DNA of 64,000 bases, from IMG/VR virus record IMGVR_UViG_3300031772_000013, positions 1 to 64,000 of that record, one strand, 5' to 3'. This DNA comes from a virus. The position numbers and the translations under genes were made by a program. This document shows positions 37,595 through 47,964 of the stretch, in pieces. Position 1 is the stretch's first letter, and every line of letters starts with the position of its first letter. The notes under the pieces are model-generated. The model saw nothing but the letters and a program-made list of their open reading frames with translations. It was not told the origin of the DNA and did not search any database.

Positions 37595-40033
37595 TTGTCG
37601 TCATTCACGGCTCTTGATTTCGCGCTCGGCTACATCGACATGGGGTTGTGCCCGATCCCGATCCCGTACCGCGAGAAGGGGCCGACGATAGAGAAGTGGA
37701 CCGAACTTCGGATCACACCAGAGACCGCGCCGCAGTATTTCAACGGCGCCCCGCAGAACATCGGCATCATCCTCGGGGAGACGTCGAAGGACTTGGTCGA
37801 TGTCGACATCGACTGCATCGAGGCGCTGGCCGTGGCGCCGTTCCTCCTACCGGCCACATCAGGACGATTCGGTCGCGCGAGCAAGCGCGCGTCGCACTGG
37901 CTCTACTTCTCGAACGTCCCGAAGCACATCAAGTACGAGGATCCGAACATCGACGGCCCGGGAAAGACGATCGTCGAACTCCGCTCGGGCGGCGTGCAGA
38001 CCGTGTTCCCCGGGAGCGTGCATGTCACCGGCGAGCCCATCGAACTCGAAGACGACGCAGACTTCGCGACGATCCCGCAGGTAACGCAAGAGGTGCTTGA
38101 GGAGGCCGTAGGGAAAGTAGCGGCGGCGTCGCTACTTGCGAGGTACTTCCCTCAAAAAGGCCGTCACGACTTCTGCCTCGCGCTCGGGGGCGGCCTCCTG
38201 CGAGACGGATGGACTGTGGACGACGCCGAGATGTTCGTTGGGATTGTGGCGTGGGTCGGTGGCTCCGACAAGCCGCGGGAGCGGGCCGCGAGCGTGCGAG
38301 GCACAGCCGAGAAGTTCGACGCTGGCGAGCCTGTCACCGGCTGGAAGCGCGTCTCCGAGCTCATCGCGGATCGCCCGCTCGGCGGTGGCATCGGCGGGAA
38401 GAAGCTCGTGTCGCGGGCTCGGAAGTGGTTGCCGGCCAAGAAAGAGCCGATAGGAGACGCCAAAATCATCCCCCTGGGAGCGGATTTGCATCGCGTGGTG
38501 GCAGCAACGCTTGCGGCACTTCCGAACGATCCGGACACGTACCAACGCGATGGACAGCTCGTGCGCGTGGTTCGCGTGGCCGAGGCCGAGGCAGAAAAAG
38601 AGAAGATGGCGGCCGGCACACCGCAGATCAAAGCGTTCGGGCTCGCCGTGCTGAAGGTGAAGCTCACGCACGTCGTGTCGTTCCAGAAATACAGCCTCAC
38701 GTCTGAGGCGTGGGTCGACACCACACCGCCCGATGACGTGACTGCCGCCGTCAAGGACTGGGGTGAGTACCCTGGCGTGCAGCCCGTGACGGGCATCATC
38801 GAGACGCCGTCGATGCGTCCTGACGGCTCGCTCATCACGGAACCGGGTTACGACGCCGCGACAGGATACATCTACGCGCCTCAGCACGAGTTCCCGCCGA
38901 TCGCCGATCACCTGACGCACGACGACGCGCGGCGCGCGCTCACGGAGCTTCTCGAGCCGTACGTGGACTTCCCGTTCAAAGACGAAGCCTCGCGACACGT
39001 TCCCGTTGCTGCTTTACTCACGCTGGTCTGCCGCCCTGCCATACGCGGAGCCGTACCCGGTTTCGTTTTCGACGCCTCCACGCAAGGCAGCGGCAAAGGT
39101 TTATGCGCGAGTGCCGTGACGGCGCTCGCGCACGGTCGTCCGGCGGCTGTCATGACTTGGCCCAGCGGGGATCGTGATGACGAGGTCGAGAAAATCCTCG
39201 CCGGCTACGCTGTGCGTGCAGCGAGCGTCATTCTGTGGGACAACATCGACAAAAGCGTCTTCGGCGGCGCCCCGCTCGACAAGGTCCTGACGGCCGTCGA
39301 TCGTGTGGAACTCCGGATCCTCGGCCAGACGAAGGTGCCGTCGCTCACCTGGCGCACGGTGATTCTGGCGACGGGGAACAACATCATGCTCGGCGCAGAC
39401 ACTACGCGCCGAGTGCTCATGTGTCGCCTTGAACCGCTGATGGAGCATCCGGAGGAACGAACGAATTTCGTGATCAAAGGCGATCTCATCGCGTGGTGCA
39501 TGACGCAGCACCCGAGGATGGTGGCAGCGGCGTTGACGCTCTTGCGTGCCTACGTGCTCGCCGGGCGGCCGAAGCGAGAAGGTACGACCGGCTGGGGATC
39601 GTTCGACCTGTGGAGGGAGCTCATCGGGGAAGCAATCGTCTGGGCCGGCGGGGCAGACGTCATGGCGACCCGGCCGACGTTCGACAAGACGACGGACGAT
39701 CCGGAGAAGGCGGCTCTCAGGACCGTCTTCGAACAACTTCCTCGACTCCTCCCTGAAGGCGGAACGGTTCGAGAGATCGTCGACAAGCTCTACCCGGAGT
39801 GGGGCGCTCCAGACCCGACATTCACGACGCTCCGCGACGCGCTTGAGTCACTCGCGCCGTCACACAAGAAAGGGCAGCCGCCCGACACAGGGAAGCTAGG
39901 CAAAGCCTTCCGCAAAGCCCGGCGTCGGGTTCTGGGGGATCGCGCTCTCGGGAGCCGCTGGATCGACATCGTCAGCACACACGCTGGCACCGCAAAATGG
40001 TGCGTGTTTTTGGTGACGCCGCCAGAAAAATGA
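37595..40033 (+). CDS. bifunctional primase-polymerase fused to SF3-like helicase/ATPase
   Basis: NIGI..G, DVDID, H..Y, PGSVH..G; GSGKG, WDN, ATGNN; TTG start with GGAGG. Confidence 0.88.
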   Translation: MSSFTALDFALGYIDMGLCPIPIPYREKGPTIEKWTELRITPETAPQYFNGAPQNIGIILGETSKDLVDVDIDCIEALAVAPFLLPATSGRFGRASKRASHWLYFSNVPKHIKYEDPNIDGPGKTIVELRSGGVQTVFPGSVHVTGEPIELEDDADFATIPQVTQEVLEEAVGKVAAASLLARYFPQKGRHDFCLALGGGLLRDGWTVDDAEMFVGIVAWVGGSDKPRERAASVRGTAEKFDAGEPVTGWKRVSELIADRPLGGGIGGKKLVSRARKWLPAKKEPIGDAKIIPLGADLHRVVAATLAALPNDPDTYQRDGQLVRVVRVAEAEAEKEKMAAGTPQIKAFGLAVLKVKLTHVVSFQKYSLTSEAWVDTTPPDDVTAAVKDWGEYPGVQPVTGIIETPSMRPDGSLITEPGYDAATGYIYAPQHEFPPIADHLTHDDARRALTELLEPYVDFPFKDEASRHVPVAALLTLVCRPAIRGAVPGFVFDASTQGSGKGLCASAVTALAHGRPAAVMTWPSGDRDDEVEKILAGYAVRAASVILWDNIDKSVFGGAPLDKVLTAVDRVELRILGQTKVPSLTWRTVILATGNNIMLGADTTRRVLMCRLEPLMEHPEERTNFVIKGDLIAWCMTQHPRMVAAALTLLRAYVLAGRPKREGTTGWGSFDLWRELIGEAIVWAGGADVMATRPTFDKTTDDPEKAALRTVFEQLPRLLPEGGTVREIVDKLYPEWGAPDPTFTTLRDALESLAPSHKKGQPPDTGKLGKAFRKARRRVLGDRALGSRWIDIVSTHAGTAKWCVFLVTPPEK

Positions 40034-40042
40034 CGCACCGCA

Positions 40043-40310
40043 TGGTGGGGATGGTGGGGATTGGTGGGGATGTTCGGTGCCGTTGGGACCTCAACTTCAG
40101 AGGGCAATTATTTATTTATTTAATTCTTTTTCGTTTAAAAAAATAACTCCTCCGGAGATTTTGGTCCCTCTGGGTCAAACATCCCCACCAATCCCCACCA
40201 AAGGCAAAAAAGAGGGTGTAACTATCGAGAAAGACACATGTCTTGTTGGTGGGGATCGCGTTTTGGATCCCCACCAAAAGTGGTGGGGATCGCTCGGATC
40301 CCCACCAAAA
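40043..40310. promoter_or_regulatory. putative replication origin: nine TGGTGGGGA iterons around an AT-rich tract
   Basis: 5 forward and 4 reverse copies; AT-rich 40106-40146; directly after the primase-helicase. Confidence 0.8.
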
Positions 40311-40432
40311 TGTATGGCACCATAGGGCACCCCGCAAACTTTTCTCGGTTCGAGGGCTGGTACGTGCGTCATTTCTGCCGACACTGTTAAGTGGTGGCCA
40401 CTGCCGCATTTTGGCGAGCGCCAACGACCGCC

Positions 40433-40843
40433 TCACCTCGCTCGTGTGGCGAGCTCGGCGCGGAGCCTCGCGTTCTCGGACGCCAGGTGTTGGTACGACG
40501 GGGCGCCCATGTCGTCGCCGTCCACGGGAGGTTGCAGGTGGACGACACGAGCGCAGAGTCTTCCGATCTCGTCCTCCAACTCTTTCACACGAGCCTCGGC
40601 GCTGGGGGCGCTGGGGGCTGCGGCTTCCGGCCGCCCGAGGGCGAGCGCTTTGACCACCTCTTGGATCGCCACTACGGCGTACCTGATCTGGTCGATAGCC
40701 TTGTTCGTGTTGTCGTCGGGCGCCTCACCGAGCAGGTCACGTGCGGCACCGAGCCTTCTGTCGGAGTCGGCGAGGAGGGACGAGAGGTACGTCGCTTCTT
40801 CTCGCCTTCTGTCGACGTCGGCGAGGAGGGACGAGAGGTTCAT
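40433..40843 (-). CDS. coiled-coil hypothetical protein with 51-bp tandem duplication at its start
   Basis: copies 40753-40800 and 40804-40851. Confidence 0.65.
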   Translation of the reverse strand: MNLSSLLADVDRRREEATYLSSLLADSDRRLGAARDLLGEAPDDNTNKAIDQIRYAVVAIQEVVKALALGRPEAAAPSAPSAEARVKELEDEIGRLCARVVHLQPPVDGDDMGAPSYQHLASENARLRAELATRAR

Positions 40844-41019
40844 CGCTTCTTCCCGCTCGCTTCGAGCCCTTTTTCGAGAAGCAACCGCACGACCTCGTTG
40901 ATGCTCGGCTCAATACCCGTCATCTTCTCGATGCGCTGCCTCTCGGTGACGATCTTGGAGTGTAGTTTTTTGCCCACTCGAACGCCGAGTAGGACGTCTT
41001 GCCGTTCTTTTGTAGCCAT
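40840..41019 (-). CDS. ribbon-helix-helix regulator
   Basis: LGVRV...SINEVVRLLLEKGL; divergent from 41081. Confidence 0.7.
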   Translation of the reverse strand: MATKERQDVLLGVRVGKKLHSKIVTERQRIEKMTGIEPSINEVVRLLLEKGLEASGKKR

Positions 41020-41080
41020 AGTTACGAACCGTAGCGAAAGCTGTTGACGGGGTGCAAGAGCGTTCGCTAAAGAAGGAAAT

Positions 41081-41746
41081 ATGAGGTACGCGGCGATTCT
41101 CGATGTGGAGACGACTGGTCTTGATCCGAACGTCGACAAGACGATCGAGGTTGCGGTGATGCTTTTCGATGTGAAGCACGCCCAGCCGGTGAAGAGTTTC
41201 GCGAGCCTCATCAGAGGGGCTCCGTCGAACAACGCCTACGAGATCAACCGGATCCCTCCGGCGATGCTCTCCGAGGCGCTTGAGCCCGACGCGGTGTGGC
41301 AGGCCGTGCGATGGATCATCGAGCCGGCGGAGGTTGTGATCGCTCACAACAGCGAGTTCGACCGGCAGTTCGTGCCGGACCTCGGCAAACCGTGGGCGTG
41401 CTCCGAGAACGACATCGTGTGGCCTGGTCGCGCCCGCGGCGGTGCCCTTGTGCAACTCGCACTCTCGCTCGGTATCGGTGTTGTGAGCGTGCATCGCGCC
41501 GCTGCCGACGTGGACACGATCGCCCGCATCCTCGCCCGGTTCGCCGAGACGGGGCACGATCTCGAAGCAGTGCTGCTCCACGCGATGCGGCCGAAGGTGC
41601 GGTGCCACTCGCTCGCGCCGTTCGAGCAGAAGGATGTCGTGAAGAGTTTTGGGTTCCGCTGGAGCCCTGAGCAGAAGGTCTGGTGGCGGGTCATGCCGTT
41701 CGAGGACGCGGAGCAGTTACCGTTCAAAGTGAAGGTGGTGGGATAG
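41081..41746 (+). CDS. DEDDh 3'-5' exonuclease (DnaQ-like)
   Basis: LDVETTG, AHN..FD, HRA..D; C-terminal FRW.PE.K.W domain. Confidence 0.9.
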   Translation: MRYAAILDVETTGLDPNVDKTIEVAVMLFDVKHAQPVKSFASLIRGAPSNNAYEINRIPPAMLSEALEPDAVWQAVRWIIEPAEVVIAHNSEFDRQFVPDLGKPWACSENDIVWPGRARGGALVQLALSLGIGVVSVHRAAADVDTIARILARFAETGHDLEAVLLHAMRPKVRCHSLAPFEQKDVVKSFGFRWSPEQKVWWRVMPFEDAEQLPFKVKVVG

Positions 41747-41749
41747 AAA

Positions 41750-42607
41750 ATGCCGAAAGCGTCAAGAGATTCATTAAACGCAAAGGGCAAACGCGACGCC
41801 TACATGTTCGATCCAGAGGATCTCGTCCTGGTCACGGACGAGAAGTCGCCGCTCTACGATGAGCGCGTAGAACTCCCGATCGACGAGGCGCTCGTTCTGA
41901 ACATCATGTTCGCCCCGGACGGAGTGCCGCAGGGGGTGCTCGAGCCCGTCAACGCGACCCGCAATCCCGAGACCGGCGCCGTCGAAGTCATCGACGGCCG
42001 GCAACGGGTGAAGGCGGCTCGCGAGGCGAACAAGCGTCTCAAGCAGCAAGGGCTCGAGCCCGTCTGGGTGCCGGCCATGCTCAAGCGGACGAACGCGCAC
42101 TCCGCGATGGGCATGATGATCAGCTCGAACGAGCACCGCCAGAACGACACCCCGATCGGGAAGGCGAAGAAGGCGCAGCGCTACATCGACCTCGGTCGGG
42201 ACGAGGCGGAGGTCGCAACGCTGCTGGGCATCAGCAAGGCGTCGGTCAAGAACATGCTTTCGTTGCTGGATGCTCCAGCGGCCGTTCGGAACGCGGTCGA
42301 GTCAGGGAAGATCACGGCGACCGACGCCTACAAGCTGGCGAAGCTCGATCCCGCAGAGGCCAAGGAGAAGGTCGCCGAACTGGTCGAGCACGCCCCGCGA
42401 ACCCCCGGCAAGAAACGGAACAGCAACGCCAAGAAGGCCCGCGAGATCGTGAGCGGCGGGAAGGAGCCGAAGATCAGCAAGAAAGGCGAGGACGCGGTCG
42501 CCGTCGACATCGCGGCGTGGCTCAGCGAGACCTACGAAGACCTTCCAGAGGGCATGCTGAAGGAGATCCGGTCGGGGGTTTGGAGAAGTATCCGAGGAGA
42601 AAAGTAG
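41750..42607 (+). CDS. ParB-like partition protein
   Basis: GVLEPV, IDGRQR, SNEHR, HTH. Confidence 0.85.
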   Translation: MPKASRDSLNAKGKRDAYMFDPEDLVLVTDEKSPLYDERVELPIDEALVLNIMFAPDGVPQGVLEPVNATRNPETGAVEVIDGRQRVKAAREANKRLKQQGLEPVWVPAMLKRTNAHSAMGMMISSNEHRQNDTPIGKAKKAQRYIDLGRDEAEVATLLGISKASVKNMLSLLDAPAAVRNAVESGKITATDAYKLAKLDPAEAKEKVAELVEHAPRTPGKKRNSNAKKAREIVSGGKEPKISKKGEDAVAVDIAAWLSETYEDLPEGMLKEIRSGVWRSIRGEK

Positions 42608-42686
42608 ACGATACAGGTAGAAGGTGAATAGAAGGTGAGCGACGACCGTCCATCTTCCAACGACACGGGAAAAGGAGATCCCCATC

Positions 42687-44141
42687 ATGACCGACATCAA
42701 AAGAAACTGGAGCGAGTACCAGCTCGCCGTATTCGAGAACGTTGCGAATGGAACCGGCCACACCGTCGTCAAGGCGGTCGCTGGCAGCGGCAAGACGACC
42801 ACGATCGTCGAGGCGCTCGGGAGCGTCCCGAAGGGTTGCTCGACGCTCTTCGTGGCCTTCAACAAGGCCATCGCAGAGGAACTCGCGAAGCGGGCGCCTC
42901 CCGGCGTCGAGGTCTCGACTCTGCACTCGTACGGCCTGAAGGCCGTCACGCGGTCGTTCGGGCGTTTGCGTATCGACGCACATCGCGTGGATGACATGGT
43001 GAAGGCGATACGCGGCAGTGATTACGAAACCTTCGATCTTCGCCGTGATCTCGCGAAGACGGTCTCTCTCGCCAAGGGCGCGCTGGCAAGCGACGCGAGT
43101 GAGATCGACGCGCTCATCGACGCCTTCGGTATCGAGTCTGCGAAGGACGGAGCGAGGGCGAAGTTCGTTCAGGACGTGCTCAAGATCCTGGAGCAGTGCA
43201 AGGATGTGCAGGACGGCCGCATTGACTTCGACGACATGATCTGGTTGCCGGTCGCGCTCGAACTGCGGCAGCCGCAGTTCGACCGAGTGTTCGTCGACGA
43301 GACGCAGGATCTCAACCCGGCGCAGATCGAGATGACGCTGCGGGCAGTCAAGGCCGGCGGTCGGATCTGCGCGGTCGGCGACCCCAGGCAGGCGATCTAC
43401 CGGTTCCGCGGGGCCGACTCGGCCGCCGTCGACAACGTCGTGAGCAGGCTCAACGCGACCGTGCTTCCGCTCAGTGTGTGCTACCGCTGCTGCAAGGCGG
43501 TCATTCAGGAGGCGCAGACGGTCGTCCCGGAGATCGAATACGCTCCGGATGCTGAAGAGGGCGTCGTGAGCGACGCGACCATCCTGGAGATGAAAGGTGC
43601 CGGAGGCGCACAGCCTGGGGACTTCATCCTCAGCCGGACGAACGCGCCGCTCATCTCGCTCTGCATGTACTTCCTCAAGGAGGGGCGCTCGGCGACCATC
43701 CAGGGCCGGGACATCGGCGCGTCGCTCGCGGCCTTCGTCAAGAAGAGCAAGGCGCCCAACGTGGAAGCGCTCTGCGACTACGTCGAGACGTGGCGCGACG
43801 TGGAGTGCAAGCGTCTGGCGGCCAAAAACCGCGACACTCAGTCGGTCGAAGATCGGGCGGAGTGCATCCTGGCCCTCAGCGAGGGGGCGACCAATGTGGC
43901 GGACGTCATCAACCGCATCGAGTCGCTCTTCGCCGACAAGGACGACGCGAAACGGATCGTGCTCTCAAGCACGCACAAGGCGAAGGGCATGGAGCGCGAC
44001 ACGGTCTGGGTGCTCGCATCCACGTACATGCGGCGCCCTGACGTAGAAGAAAAAAATCTCTACTACGTCGCGGTAACACGGGCGCGCAAAACGCTGTACC
44101 TCGTCCAGGGCCAGTTCGGGAAGAAGGGCAGCCAGAAGTGA
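42687..44141 (+). CDS. UvrD/Rep-like SF1 helicase
   Basis: AVAGSGKT, AFN, TLHS, VDETQD, VGDPRQAIY.FRGA, HKAKG.E, YVAVTRA. Confidence 0.93.
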   Translation: MTDIKRNWSEYQLAVFENVANGTGHTVVKAVAGSGKTTTIVEALGSVPKGCSTLFVAFNKAIAEELAKRAPPGVEVSTLHSYGLKAVTRSFGRLRIDAHRVDDMVKAIRGSDYETFDLRRDLAKTVSLAKGALASDASEIDALIDAFGIESAKDGARAKFVQDVLKILEQCKDVQDGRIDFDDMIWLPVALELRQPQFDRVFVDETQDLNPAQIEMTLRAVKAGGRICAVGDPRQAIYRFRGADSAAVDNVVSRLNATVLPLSVCYRCCKAVIQEAQTVVPEIEYAPDAEEGVVSDATILEMKGAGGAQPGDFILSRTNAPLISLCMYFLKEGRSATIQGRDIGASLAAFVKKSKAPNVEALCDYVETWRDVECKRLAAKNRDTQSVEDRAECILALSEGATNVADVINRIESLFADKDDAKRIVLSSTHKAKGMERDTVWVLASTYMRRPDVEEKNLYYVAVTRARKTLYLVQGQFGKKGSQK

Positions 44142-45396
44142 GGCGCTTCGTCGAAGTCCCCGCCTCCGCCATCCGCGAACGGTTGGCGGGGGCGGGCTTC
44201 CGCCTCCTGCTGGGAGAGCGCGGCGAGGAGGTCTACGAGCGCGCTCACGACAAGGACGGCCGGTACTCCGTCAAGGTCTACTCGTCGGTCCAGCGTGGCA
44301 AGGAGGGGGCTCGCGAGTGTGGCGCTGACGCCATCCGTGTGGTCGCGCTGCTCACCACGCCCCAGGGGGCGGTGTACCCGATCTTCAAGTCGGCCCGCGT
44401 GTACCGGACCGGCACCGTCCAGGGGGTCCTGGACAGGATGATCGAGCGTGCGCGCGAGGCGTACGCAACGTGCAACGAACACCGAAGGAAGATGAGCAAT
44501 GCCAAGAGCAAGTAGGCGACGCAGGAACCGAAACCGCCGCAACGCAGCCCGAAAGATGAAGGAGCAGGCGCCCAGCGCCGCGACCTCGTCCTCTGCCGCC
44601 TGGCGGCCGAAGGCGGAGAAGCCGTGACAGAAGCGTGGGCACGAGCGTCTTCGATGATGTATGGGCTGACGGCCGCGTACGCGCCAGCCTCAGAGCCAAC
44701 CGTCGAGGAACTCAAGAGCGAACTCGCCGCCGCGAAGGTGTCGCACGGACACGCAAACCGCGCGCTCACGAACATGGCGGTCACGCTGTCGGACGTGATG
44801 GATCACGTCGTCGAGCTTCAGGATAGGGAGCGGAAGACGAAGCTCAAACAAGACGCGCGGTGCGCGGGGTTGGCGCAAGAACTCATGCAGTTCAACGAGG
44901 AGCGCAAACAAGCGGACGAGTCGATGGCCAAGGAGCGCAGGCGGGCGGACGCTTTGCAGGCGCAGATCGAGGCACTGCTCGGCGGCAAGAAGGAGGCGCC
45001 GTGACGACGGCGGGCGCCGAGCTAGCAATCGGGTCGACGGTCTGGATCTTCGACGCGGAACGTCGGGTCTACGCGAAGGAGAAGATGTCGCCGGGGAAAC
45101 TTTGGTACTCCGGAGCACCGATCTGGCGGGAACACTGGCGACCGACGGCGATCGTTGGCGAGACGCGGGTGTCGTGGATCCTTGGGTACGATCGGGGGCG
45201 GAAGATCAGCAAGCGCGATCTCGCCGCCGGCACAGTGCGCGGCGCGCTCACGAGCGAGGCCGACCTCGACGCCGCCTGCTACGTGAACGATCACGCACAC
45301 AAGATCGCGGATCGCGTACAGCGCATCTCTGGCGGACTCGCGGCGGCTGAGACGCTCCGCAAGATCGCAACGCTGGTCGGGTACGAGGAACCTTGA
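44138..45396 (+). CDS. three hypothetical ORFs (44138-44515, 44624-45004, 45001-45396)
   Basis: co-oriented, GTGA overlaps. Confidence 0.6.
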
Positions 45397-46106
45397 TGGT
45401 CACCGGCCCCCTCTTCAAGTGGTTCGGGTCGAAGTGGCTCTCGTCGAAGCTCTACCCGCCGCCGGAGCACGACGACGTCTTCGAGCCCTTCGCGGGTTCG
45501 GCGGGCTACTCGCTCCGGCACCACGAGAAGCGGGTCGTGCTCTGGGACGGCAACGAGCAACTGCACGAGCTCTGGGGCTGGCTCATCGACGACGCCACGG
45601 CGGCCAGCGTGCTCGAGATCCCGATCAACATCCCCGAGGGCACGGACATCGGCACACTGGGGCTCTCTCGGGGCCAGGCGCTCCTCCTCAAACACTGGCA
45701 GCGCACGAACAACGTCGGCAACTGCTGGACGATCTCGCCCTGGGGCAACAAGCCGGGCCAGTGGACCGCGAACACCCGAGCGCGCGTCGCCGATCAGCTC
45801 CACGCCGTGAAGCACTGGAAGCTGGCGCAGCTTCGCCCAGACCGTCCCGGTACCTACTTCATCGATCCGCCGTACATCTACAACTACCGGTACCGGTTCA
45901 AGGAGTTCGACCACGCGGCGCTGGTCACGAAGATCGCCATGATCCCCCGAGGGAGCCAGATCATCGTCTGCGAGGCCGCGTGCCAGAAGACGGGGCGAGT
46001 ACCGGACTACCTGCCGTTCGAGCCGTTCGGGTCGAGGATCACGTCGCGGCGGAAGAAGACCGAGAACCACCACTCGAAGGAGTATCTCTATGTTGAACGA
46101 CGTTGA
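45393..46106 (+). CDS. second Dam-like DNA adenine methyltransferase
   Basis: FKWFGSK, EPFAGSA, FIDPPY. Confidence 0.85.
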   Translation: MMVTGPLFKWFGSKWLSSKLYPPPEHDDVFEPFAGSAGYSLRHHEKRVVLWDGNEQLHELWGWLIDDATAASVLEIPINIPEGTDIGTLGLSRGQALLLKHWQRTNNVGNCWTISPWGNKPGQWTANTRARVADQLHAVKHWKLAQLRPDRPGTYFIDPPYIYNYRYRFKEFDHAALVTKIAMIPRGSQIIVCEAACQKTGRVPDYLPFEPFGSRITSRRKKTENHHSKEYLYVERR

Positions 46107-47670
46107 GTCTCCTGACGAGTACATAGCGCTTCCGCTCGATCCGGACAATCTCATCGATAGTACGTTGGACTATCTGATTCGCGACGGTCACGGTCACGTT
46201 TACGTGACGATCGAAGAAATTAGAGACCCGGAGCGCGGTCCCGATATACTGCTCGGGCTAGCCAATCGAGTGCTTGAAGCGTTCGGCGATCTTGCGGGTT
46301 GTGTGCAAGCGCATGTTCAGGACAATGGGTGGAAAGGCACTGCTATAGAGATCGCAAAAGGCGGAGGTGGCGGATCGGTGTGGGCCAATCTTGCGGTAGA
46401 ACTCAGTTGGCGTTCTCATGCATACGCTGACCCCTCCCGGCTGGCCTCAGAAGCGCTCAAACACTGCATCGAGACCGTCGTCGCTCGTAAACCTTCTAGC
46501 GCAGAAGAAGCTGCGGCCATCGGTGCGGCTGCTTTCAAAGAGAGACCGGGCGCGCGCAGGTTAGCTCAACTGTACCTCGCTAAATTCAACGCGCAAAGAT
46601 TGGCGGGGATCGATGATGTGGCCGCTTTCTTCGGTGATGAGGCCGCCAGGCGCGCACGTGAAGGAAGTGCGCCGGCTCGCCTTGCTCGCCTTGCTCGAAT
46701 AGCGGCCGTCATACGACAGTGTATTACGCCTCCAGCCACTAGCGCGCAAAACGTGGAGGTGCTGACGATGTCTTTCGCCGTCTGCCTTGCCGCTCTTCAA
46801 GAGGATGTCTGGCTGCACGAAGGTGACCCTATCCCCAAAGAGATACTAGATCCGGTGATCGCCCCCTTCATGCGTCGCTTCGAGGTTGCAGGTAGGAACA
46901 TTTTCGATCGCGTGCACGTGTCGGTAATTTTGGGTGGCTTCGTAGAGGACAATGGCTACGTCTCTCTCGAATGCAACCCCGAGTCTGCGACGGCGTCGCA
47001 GCGAGCGGCAGTCCTCAATGACAGCTTCATCGGGAGATGGAGAGCCTCCGCCTTCGCGCGCTTGGAAGTGTCGCACAAGCTAGCCGCAGCGTTGTGCTTA
47101 ACAGACATCACCGACTCCGACGAGATCAGAGCCCCCTGGTCGGCGTGGTCGCTACTGATTCCAAACGGGCTCTTCGGCGAGAACGGGGTCGCACGAGTGT
47201 GGTGTATAGACAAGACACCTATTGTACTGGCGTTTCCGTCAGGTCTCTTGCTTCAGTGGTCTGTCGAGAACGCTGGCGGCCAAGCACAAATAGATATGAT
47301 ACGTGCTTTGATCTTGGGGTCGTGTGCGGCTCTTAGTGATCCAGATCGCCTCAAACAATCTGGCCGCTGGGGGAATACGTCTTCTGCGCAACCGAAGCAG
47401 CGTCGACACGGGCCGCCCCCGGAGGGGGCTCGCTATGTTCTCGCTCAACCAGTCTCGATAGATTTGCGTGAGGCTGTGCTCGATTCGATCGGTGGCAAAC
47501 ATCGATCCGGTGCAAGCCCGAAGGTCCAGTTTCTCGTTCGCGGCCACTGGCGCAATCAAGCGCACGGTCCCGGTCGCACTTTGCGGGTGTTCAGGTGGAT
47601 TGAACCGTTCTGGAAAGGACCACCGGAAACGCGCATTCTGTTGCGTTCACACAAGGTCAAAAAGAAGTGA
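46090..47670 (+). CDS. lower-GC hypothetical protein with C-terminal VRGHWR.Q...WI.P.WKG motif
   Basis: 526-aa ORF; motif recurrent in phage proteins. Confidence 0.7.
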   Translation: MLNDVESPDEYIALPLDPDNLIDSTLDYLIRDGHGHVYVTIEEIRDPERGPDILLGLANRVLEAFGDLAGCVQAHVQDNGWKGTAIEIAKGGGGGSVWANLAVELSWRSHAYADPSRLASEALKHCIETVVARKPSSAEEAAAIGAAAFKERPGARRLAQLYLAKFNAQRLAGIDDVAAFFGDEAARRAREGSAPARLARLARIAAVIRQCITPPATSAQNVEVLTMSFAVCLAALQEDVWLHEGDPIPKEILDPVIAPFMRRFEVAGRNIFDRVHVSVILGGFVEDNGYVSLECNPESATASQRAAVLNDSFIGRWRASAFARLEVSHKLAAALCLTDITDSDEIRAPWSAWSLLIPNGLFGENGVARVWCIDKTPIVLAFPSGLLLQWSVENAGGQAQIDMIRALILGSCAALSDPDRLKQSGRWGNTSSAQPKQRRHGPPPEGARYVLAQPVSIDLREAVLDSIGGKHRSGASPKVQFLVRGHWRNQAHGPGRTLRVFRWIEPFWKGPPETRILLRSHKVKKK

Positions 47671-47964
47671 TGAGCATCGAGGCCGATCTGCTAAAAATCT
47701 TCGTCGCCGCGAAGGTGAGTGTCGGATTCCCACTGTCTGCGGCGACGTGAGGGAAATAGCCATGGGCATCCGCGAAGAACAAACCGGCAACGTAGTCTCC
47801 GGCCCCGCCGTCATCGGCGAGCCGTGGTGGCTCATCAGCAAGCCAGACGGGACGGCGTTCTGTTGCCACCGAGCCCCGAGCTGGTTCAAGGCGCGCGACA
47901 TCGGACGAGGACTGACTGAGCAAGAGGTTTCGGCGGAGTTGATCTTTCAGGGAGTGACAAAACA

